From positions 446,942-470,941 of the forward strand of contig NZ_CTDX01000016.1 in the NCBI RefSeq assembly GCF_001375515.1: a stretch of 24,000 nucleotides of DNA, read 5' to 3'. The translations under genes and the position numbers were made by a program. Within the stretch, counting starts at the first letter, position 1. Each line of letters starts with the position of its first letter. Positions 18,613-24,000 of the stretch are shown here, in pieces. The DNA is from Bacillus kwashiorkori. GTDB lineage: Bacteria; Bacillota; Bacilli; Bacillales; Caldibacillaceae. The notes beneath the pieces are model-generated. The model searched no databases. It was not told where the DNA came from and was given only the letters and a program-made list of their open reading frames with translations.

Positions 18613-19902
18613 ATGCGATTGGATTTAGATAAAATTAGAAAATTATTAGGGATAATTCTCCTTGTTTCTTTCGTTTATATCGGCTTTTTTTCACCAGTAA
18701 GTAAGTTATTGAAACAACCGACAACGATGACAGTTTTTGAAGGTGCAAATGAAGTAATTCCAACGACAGCAAATGTCCAGGCAATAAAGAATAATGATAA
18801 TATTCACATTGCTTATGATGAGAAAAATGTTTCTTTAACTGCATTAAATAGCGGTGATAGTGAAGTGTTATTAGAACTAGCTGGAATACCGCTAAAGAAA
18901 GTGAAAGTAAATGTATTAAAAGATTTAAGAGTCATTCCTGGCGGTCAATCTATAGGAGTAAAAATTAATACTAAAGGTGTCTTAGTAGTAGGTCATCACC
19001 AGGTGGACACAACTAGTGGGAAAATATCACCTGGGGAAAAAGCTGGTATAAAAGTTGGGGATTTAATCACCGAAATTAATGGAAAACCAATTTTATCTAT
19101 GGGAGAAGTTACTCCTTTCGTACAGCAAGCTGGATCAAGTGGAAAACCATTAAAACTCGTGATTAAACGAAATGAAGAAACGATTAAGACAGAACTTTCT
19201 CCAGAAAAAGATAAAAATGAAGACAAATACAAGTTAGGCTTATATATTCGTGACTCTGCGGCAGGCATTGGTACGTTAACATTTTATGAACCGAATAGTA
19301 AAAATTACGGTGCGTTAGGTCATGTTATTTCTGACATGGATACAAAAATGCCAATCGTAGTGAAAGATGGTTATATCGTTCCGTCTACCGTCACTTCCAT
19401 TAATAAAGGTAGTAACGGAGTACCTGGAGAAAAGCTAGCCCGTTTTTTACCAGAACGTAGTATAGTTGGTAATATTCGAGCTAATAACCAGTTCGGCATA
19501 TTCGGTCAATTAAACAAAAATATAAAGAATGGAATAGCAGATAAACCAATTCCAGTTGCGTTGTCTCATGAAGTGAAAAAAGGACCGGCGAAAATTTTAA
19601 CGGTTGTCGATGATGATAAAGTAGAAGCATTTGACATCGAAATCGTTAACTCTATTCCGCAAAAGTTCCCTGCAACGAAAGGGATGGTAATTAAAATAAC
19701 TGACCCTCGATTATTGGAAAGAACAGGGGGAATTGTTCAAGGAATGAGCGGAAGCCCTATCATCCAAAACGGTAAATTAATTGGGGCTGTCACACATGTT
19801 TTTGTCAATGATCCTACGAGTGGTTACGGTGTTCATATCGAATGGATGCTAAGAGAAGCAAATATAGACATTTATAAAAAGGACTTAAATAATGCAAGTT
19901 AA
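18613..19902 (+). CDS. spoIVB: SpoIVB signalling serine peptidase (PDZ + S55 peptidase)
   Basis: 429 aa with an N-terminal TM and a PDZ-like segment ([16 protein letters not shown]). The S55 catalytic region [11 protein letters not shown] is present. Its position between recN and spo0A matches B. subtilis. Confidence 0.94.
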   Translation: MRLDLDKIRKLLGIILLVSFVYIGFFSPVSKLLKQPTTMTVFEGANEVIPTTANVQAIKNNDNIHIAYDEKNVSLTALNSGDSEVLLELAGIPLKKVKVNVLKDLRVIPGGQSIGVKINTKGVLVVGHHQVDTTSGKISPGEKAGIKVGDLITEINGKPILSMGEVTPFVQQAGSSGKPLKLVIKRNEETIKTELSPEKDKNEDKYKLGLYIRDSAAGIGTLTFYEPNSKNYGALGHVISDMDTKMPIVVKDGYIVPSTVTSINKGSNGVPGEKLARFLPERSIVGNIRANNQFGIFGQLNKNIKNGIADKPIPVALSHEVKKGPAKILTVVDDDKVEAFDIEIVNSIPQKFPATKGMVIKITDPRLLERTGGIVQGMSGSPIIQNGKLIGAVTHVFVNDPTSGYGVHIEWMLREANIDIYKKDLNNAS

Positions 19903-19933
19903 AGTGGGGAAATTTATTTTCCTCACTTTTTTA
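19903..19933 (+). terminator. Rho-independent terminator after spoIVB
   Basis: Stem AGTGGGGA (19903-19910) / TCCTCACT (19920-19927) with one G-T wobble, then TTTTTT. Confidence 0.7.
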
Positions 19934-19935
19934 AT

Positions 19936-20083
19936 GAAAAGCGAAGGCGACTGTTTAGCGGCGTATGGACTGGACCCAAACCGCAGGAGATAAAGGAAAC
20001 ACGATGAGCCCCGCGAATCGATGTTGACTTATCGTACGGAGGTTTGGGGAAGTCCACTAGCCGCTAGGAGCCGCAGCTGGACA
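19936..20083. repeat. Repeat unit 1 (variant A)
   Basis: Self-complementary helices: 19956-19962/20060-20066, 19966-19970/20052-20056, 19975-19982/20041-20048, 19989-19993/20029-20033 and 20002-20005/20017-20020. Confidence 0.85.
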
Positions 20084-20151
20084 TCAAGGTTCGCAGACTA
20101 AGTACGCGGCGTCCTGCCGCAACGTCTGCATGACCAACGTCGTGTTGGCCC
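20084..20151. repeat. Unique GC-rich connector module with nested and adjacent short hairpins
   Basis: GCAGAC (20093-20098) / GTCTGC (20124-20129) encloses GCGGC (20106-20110) / GCCGC (20116-20120). CCAAC (20134-20138) / GTTGG (20144-20148) follows. The module occurs only between units 1 and 2. Confidence 0.6.
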
Positions 20152-20294
20152 AAGCGAAGGCGACTGTACAGCGGCGTACGAACTGGAGCCAAGCTGGCGG
20201 AGATATAGGAAACACGGCGAAGAATGAGCCGATGTTGACTTATCGTACAGAAGCTTGGTGAAGTTCGCTAGCCGCTAGGAGCCGCAGCTAGCCA
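20152..20294. repeat. Repeat unit 2 (variant B)
   Basis: Same architecture as variant A with changed helix sequences: 20179-20183/20263-20267, 20188-20195/20252-20259 and 20215-20218/20228-20231. Confidence 0.85.
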
Positions 20295-20445
20295 GAAAAG
20301 CGAAGGCGACTGTTTAGCGGCGTATGGACTGGACCCAAACCGCAGGAGATAAAGGAAACACGATGAGCCCCGCGAATCGATGTTGACTTATCCTCGTACG
20401 GAGGTTTGGGGAAGTCCACTAGCCGCTAGGAGCCGCATCTAGCCA
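20295..20445. repeat. Repeat unit 3 (variant A)
   Basis: Essentially identical to unit 1 at an offset of 359 nt. Differences are a 3-nt insertion (TTATCctcGTACGG) and three substitutions at the 3' end. Confidence 0.9.
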
Positions 20446-20510
20446 GAAAAGCGAAGGCGACTGTACAGCGGCGTACGAACTGGAGCCAAGCTGGCGGAGA
20501 TAAAGGAAAC
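20446..20510. repeat. Repeat unit 4 (variant B, 5' half only)
   Basis: Matches the unit 2 left arm with one mismatch and stops at GGAAAC, at the base of the apical stem-loop. The right arm is absent. Confidence 0.85.
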
Positions 20511-20667
20511 CGCATTATCTAACAATGTGGGTGTTTAAACTATGGATAATTGGGTAAATACGTATTGACTTCGTCTGGACAAATAATGACAGCAAATCCC
20601 ATCTTATGTCATAAGCATTAATAAATAGTGGAAAGGAAAAGAAAATTAATATTTTTTGTATATTTAT

Positions 20668-20696
20668 AAAGGAATTTAAATATACATGTCGAAAAT
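20668..20696 (+). promoter_or_regulatory. Candidate sigma-H promoter (Ps-like) of spo0A overlapping a Spo0A box
   Basis: AAAGGAATT (20668-20676), 11-nt spacer, GTCGAAA (20688-20694) fits RnAGGAwWW-N11/12-RnnGAAT apart from the final base (A for T). TGTCGAA (20687-20693) is a perfect 0A box (TGNCGAA). Confidence 0.5.
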
Positions 20697-20753
20697 GTTT
20701 AATAGCGTAAATTTTTATTGAAGGAAATTGCGTCAATTGGGGAGGATACTTTT

Positions 20754-21551
20754 GTGAAAAAGATTAAAGTTTGTATCGTTGATGATAATAAAGAATTAAT
20801 TAGCTTGCTGGAAGATTATATAAATGGCCAAGAAGATATGGAAGTAATTGGAAAAGCATATAATGGTCAAGAATGTTTAAAATTATTAGAAACGGTCGAA
20901 CCCGATGTCGTTCTTTTAGATATAATAATGCCTCATCTAGACGGACTGGCAGTATTGGAAAAATTACAAGAAAAGAGTTATTTCCCGAATATCATTATGC
21001 TTACTGCTTTTGGCCAAGAAGATGTAACGAAAAAAGCGGTAGACTTAGGTGCTTCCTATTTTATGTTAAAACCATTTGATATGAATCATTTAACGAATCA
21101 AATACGAAATGTTACTGGAAAGAAATCGAAGTTACCGATTAAACAAACAAATAACAATGAAAATATAAACAAAACCGAAGAACCTGTACATAAGCCAAAA
21201 AACTTAGATGCAAGTATAACAAGTATTATTCATGAAATTGGTGTCCCTGCCCATATTAAAGGGTATTTATATTTACGGGAAGCTATTTCGATGGTATATA
21301 ATGATATTGAATTATTAGGTTCCATTACGAAAGTGTTATATCCTGATATTGCAAAAAAGTTCAATACGACAGCTAGCCGTGTGGAACGAGCCATTCGTCA
21401 TGCTATTGAAGTAGCCTGGAGTCGTGGAAACATTGATTCTATCTCTTCTCTATTTGGCTATACCGTTAGTATGTCAAAGGCAAAACCAACAAATAGTGAG
21501 TTTATCGCAATGGTCGCAGATAAATTACGACTTGAACACCAAGCATCGTAA
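20754..21551 (+). CDS. spo0A: Sporulation master regulator Spo0A
   Basis: GTG 20754 lies 7 nt after GGGGAGGA and gives [15 protein letters not shown], aligned to B. subtilis MEKIKVCVADDNREL. The C-terminal DNA-binding domain is almost identical ([29 protein letters not shown]...[10 protein letters not shown]). Confidence 0.97.
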   Translation: MKKIKVCIVDDNKELISLLEDYINGQEDMEVIGKAYNGQECLKLLETVEPDVVLLDIIMPHLDGLAVLEKLQEKSYFPNIIMLTAFGQEDVTKKAVDLGASYFMLKPFDMNHLTNQIRNVTGKKSKLPIKQTNNNENINKTEEPVHKPKNLDASITSIIHEIGVPAHIKGYLYLREAISMVYNDIELLGSITKVLYPDIAKKFNTTASRVERAIRHAIEVAWSRGNIDSISSLFGYTVSMSKAKPTNSEFIAMVADKLRLEHQAS

Positions 21552-21664
21552 CGGTGATAATTTATACAGTAACGGTAAAGAATGTTACGGTAAATTCCAA
21601 CAAAATGAACATGAAGCAATTAGTATAAGAGGGTTTATAGTTGAAGTAAAAGGTGGTCCTACAC

Positions 21665-22384
21665 ATGACATTAATTTTTGCACATCGTGGTGCAAGTGGT
21701 ACATATCCTGAAAATACGATGCTTGCTTTTCACGAAGCAGAACGTGTTAAAGCGGACGGTATTGAACTAGATGTTCAACTGACAAAAGATGGGGAAATTG
21801 TCATTATTCATGATGATAAAGTAGACAGAACAACAGATGGAAAAGGGTATGTAAAAGACTTTACTTTAAAACAAATAAAAAAGTTTAACGCAGCTGCCAA
21901 TTTTGATAAAGGCAAATATAAGGAACCGATACCAACATTAGAAGAGTTTCTATTATGGTTTAAAGAAACCGAAATGATTTGCAATATTGAGTTGAAAACA
22001 ACAACCATAACTAACCAAGATTTAGAGGACAAAGTTATTGCACTAATTAATAAATATCAACTGGAAGAACGGATAATAATTTCTTCCTTTAATCATTATA
22101 GTATTGTTTATTGCTATCGAATTGCGCCAAATATAGAAACAGCACCGTTATATATGGAAGGCCTATATATGCCTTGGGTGTATGCTCAATCTATTAAAGC
22201 AAAAGCAATTCATCCATATCATAAAGTAACACCAGATGAATTAGTAACTTTAGCACAGCAAAATGGAATTCATGTCCGACCATTTACAGTAAATAAAAAA
22301 CATGATATGAAACGATTTCTCAAAGTGAAGGCAAATGCCATTATTACGGATTACCCGGAAATAGCATTGAAATTACGTGATTAA
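21665..22384 (+). CDS. yqiK: Glycerophosphodiester phosphodiesterase (GDPD family)
   Basis: ATG 21665 lies 9 nt after AAAGGTGG. The protein starts MTLIFAHRGASGTYPENT, followed by ELDVQLTKDG and IHDDKVDRTT, which are GDPD catalytic motifs. 239 aa. Confidence 0.85.
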   Translation: MTLIFAHRGASGTYPENTMLAFHEAERVKADGIELDVQLTKDGEIVIIHDDKVDRTTDGKGYVKDFTLKQIKKFNAAANFDKGKYKEPIPTLEEFLLWFKETEMICNIELKTTTITNQDLEDKVIALINKYQLEERIIISSFNHYSIVYCYRIAPNIETAPLYMEGLYMPWVYAQSIKAKAIHPYHKVTPDELVTLAQQNGIHVRPFTVNKKHDMKRFLKVKANAIITDYPEIALKLRD

Positions 22385-22391
22385 TAAATAT

Positions 22392-22416
22392 GGGGCTGTC
22401 TAATTTGGACAGCCCT
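22392..22416. terminator. Hairpin between convergent genes (possible bidirectional terminator)
   Basis: Stem GGGCTGTC (22393-22400) / GACAGCCC (22408-22415) with a 7-nt loop. No strong T tract on the + side, and a modest one on the - side. Confidence 0.55.
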
Positions 22417-22436
22417 GTCGTTAAATCCGTAAATTA

Positions 22437-22694
22437 TCATCCGCGATTAGCATTTTTTAATCTGCTTTGAAATCGCTTTTGAACTTTATTTCTTTTTTTG
22501 TCACGATGGAAGATGAATCCACCGATTAAACCTACACCTGCAAAGAAGAAAAGTAGTCCGATAAAAAACTGAATAAATATCGATTGAAATGGCCATTGAA
22601 AAACCCCGAAAACACTATCCCTCATTAACTTAACCCCAAGGGCAGCGACTATTCCCGGAATAACAACGATGATTAATGCAATAAGACGAACCAT
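22437..22694 (-). CDS. Small two-TM membrane protein with basic C-terminus (hypothetical)
   Basis: ATG at 22694 (- strand) lies 8 nt after GGAAAGGA and gives MVRLIALIIVVIPGIVAALG..., 85 aa. The longer track ORF (to 22760) has no RBS. A small membrane protein gene lies upstream of bkdR in B. subtilis, but homology is not verified. Confidence 0.6.
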   Translation of the reverse strand: MVRLIALIIVVIPGIVAALGVKLMRDSVFGVFQWPFQSIFIQFFIGLLFFFAGVGLIGGFIFHRDKKRNKVQKRFQSRLKNANRG

Positions 22695-22753
22695 TGTAAA
22701 AGTCCTTTCCAATAATATATCGTTATACTTGAATGTTAAACGAATAGAGAAGT

Positions 22754-22782
22754 TTGTCAAGAAACATGACTTCTATTAAAAT
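22754..22782 (+). promoter_or_regulatory. Candidate sigma-A promoter for bkdR
   Basis: TTGTCA (22754-22759), 17-nt spacer, TAAAAT (22777-22782). The complement of the same hexamer region reads TTGACA for the divergent small gene. Confidence 0.45.
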
Positions 22783-22844
22783 GATAGAAAGAAAGAAAAT
22801 CTCTCACAACTCAAAAACAAGCACTTTGAAAAAGAGGTGATAGC

Positions 22845-24000
22845 TTGCAAACAATTATGATTGTTGGTGCTGGCCAAGGGGGCTCCGCTTTATATCGAAT
22901 ATTAAAACAGTCAGAACGTTTCCGAGTTGAAATTATAGTTGATATAAATGAACAGGCACCAGGTTTGCACTTGGCAAGGCAGGATGGTGTAAAAACGGAT
23001 ATTGATTATCAAAATTATTTAAATGATGGGATAGACATTATTATTGATGTAACTGGAGATCCAACTGTTCACTCCACTCTAATGAAAATGAGGGGTTCCA
23101 AACAAACCATTATCCCAGGTAGTGTTGCACACTTAATTGTAAAATTGATTAATGATCGGGAATTATTAATTGAGCAATTGAAAATGAAAACTGCAAAAGA
23201 TGAGTTGATTTTTAATGCGGTTAACGACGGCATGATAATAATCGATGAAAATGGAATGATTACTTCTTATAATGTAGCAGCTGAAAATATTATGGGACTT
23301 AGTAAAATGAAAGTAATTGGTCAGCCGATTGAAAAAATAATACCAATGTCCAAACTACCACAAGTGCTAAAAACAAAGAAAGCAGAAATAAATCAAAGAT
23401 TAACTTTTACAAATGGAAAAAAAGTAATTACGACTAGAATCCCAATTATTTCAAAAGTAGGGAAAGTGTTAGGGGCATTTGCGGTATTTAAAGATGTAAC
23501 AGAAGTTGTTCAATTAGCGGAGGAAATTACAAATCTAAAAGAAATTCAAACGATGTTAGAAGCAATTATTCAATCGAGTAATGATGCGATATCTGTAGTA
23601 GATGAAAAAGGGAAAGGAATTTTAATTAACCGAGCTTATACTCGATTAACCGGTTTAACTGAAAAAGATGTAATTGGACAGCCTGCAGATACCGATATAC
23701 ATGAAGGTGAAAGCATGCACATGCAAGTGTTGAAAACGAAAGAGCCGGTACGTGGTGTGAAAATGCGTGTAGGCCCAATGAAAAGGGAAGTGATTGTGAA
23801 TGTAGCACCAATTATCGTTAATAACGTTTTAAAAGGTAGTGTTGGTGTAATTCATGATATGTCGGAAATTCAGTCATTAACCCGAGAACTAAAAAAAGCG
23901 AAAGAAATTATTCGCTCATTAGAGGCAAAATATACGTTTGATGACATCATCGGACAGTCGGAAGAAATGCAAGTTGCTATTGAACAAGCAAGAATTGGTG
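22845..24000 (+). CDS. bkdR: Sigma-54-dependent transcriptional activator with PAS domains, N-terminal part (3' end outside window)
   Basis: The frame is open from TTG 22845 (after AAGAGGTGA) to the window end, so the track does not list it. It reads LQTIMIVGAGQGGSALYRIL, then two PAS-like segments (NAVNDGMIIIDENG and SSNDAISVVDEKG), then YTFDDIIGQSEEM, the entry to the sigma-54 AAA+ domain. This matches B. subtilis BkdR. Confidence 0.85.
   Translation, partial: MQTIMIVGAGQGGSALYRILKQSERFRVEIIVDINEQAPGLHLARQDGVKTDIDYQNYLNDGIDIIIDVTGDPTVHSTLMKMRGSKQTIIPGSVAHLIVKLINDRELLIEQLKMKTAKDELIFNAVNDGMIIIDENGMITSYNVAAENIMGLSKMKVIGQPIEKIIPMSKLPQVLKTKKAEINQRLTFTNGKKVITTRIPIISKVGKVLGAFAVFKDVTEVVQLAEEITNLKEIQTMLEAIIQSSNDAISVVDEKGKGILINRAYTRLTGLTEKDVIGQPADTDIHEGESMHMQVLKTKEPVRGVKMRVGPMKREVIVNVAPIIVNNVLKGSVGVIHDMSEIQSLTRELKKAKEIIRSLEAKYTFDDIIGQSEEMQVAIEQARIG

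Larger units (their letters stand above)
19936..20510. repeat. GC-rich noncoding array of long-hairpin repeat units (A, C, B, A, half-B)
   Basis: Four copies share the core GCGAAGGCGACTGT...AGCGGCGTA. Three full units end in CTAGCCGCTAGGAGCCGCA. The track shows no ORF of 60 aa or more on either strand. Hand counts over three 60-nt lines give about 53-65% GC, against clearly AT-rich flanks. Confidence 0.9.

Noticed and set aside
19936-20510. Repeat array considered as a CRISPR array
   Set aside because: Units are about 150 nt, not 24-48 nt. They abut each other without unique spacers of regular length, are themselves long hairpins, and no cas genes lie nearby.
19936-20510. Repeat units considered as group II intron fragments, tRNA-like genes or a riboswitch tandem
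   Set aside because: There is no cloverleaf, no domain V-like 34-nt hairpin with the catalytic AGC triad context, and no reverse transcriptase or maturase ORF. I could recognise no known riboswitch core.
20515-20736. 73-aa ORF on the - strand in the spo0A upstream region
   Set aside because: The sequence is AT-rich and low-complexity with no RBS. It overlaps the spo0A promoter and 0A-box region, so it is likely spurious.
21424-21711. 95-aa + strand ORF bridging spo0A and the phosphodiesterase gene
   Set aside because: It is out of frame with the highly conserved Spo0A C-terminus and with the GDPD N-terminus, and has no RBS.

Overview
AT-rich chromosome segment from an endospore-forming Bacillaceae. 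Nearly all genes are on the + strand and are collinear with the B. subtilis region efp, spoIIIAA-AH, accBC, yqhY, nusB, folD, xseAB, ispA, dxs, yqxC, ahrC(argR), recN, spoIVB, spo0A, yqiK, small membrane protein, bkdR. Most of the window is ordinary conserved housekeeping and sporulation backbone; gene calls rest on recognisable protein sequences, RBS placement and synteny. Two places depart from that backbone. (1) The ~690-nt gap between ispA and dxs (12145-12853) has no credible ORF and is locally GC-rich. It has its own near-consensus sigma-A promoter and is followed by a 4-TM protein with a polybasic tail. This is the published genomic context of OLE (ornate, large, extremophilic) RNA and its partner OapA, a known but rare and poorly understood RNP. 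(2) Between the spoIVB terminator and the spo0A promoter (19936-20510) lies a ~575-bp noncoding, GC-rich array of ~145-150-nt units. Each unit folds as a long hairpin. The units come in two sequence variants arranged A, B, A, half-B, and the variants differ by at least six fully compensatory base-pair substitutions across three helices. I cannot assign this element to a named family, and it is the best candidate here for something undescribed (structured RNA, or a REP/MITE-like element). Smaller observations: spoIIIAD appears to start at ATT; a ~250-nt stretch upstream of nusB is unexplained; an ARG-box-like palindrome lies upstream of argR; a sigma-H promoter overlaps a perfect 0A box upstream of spo0A; and a triple TAACGGT repeat replaces an obvious terminator after spo0A. 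No tRNA, rRNA, CRISPR, transposase or phage genes were seen.
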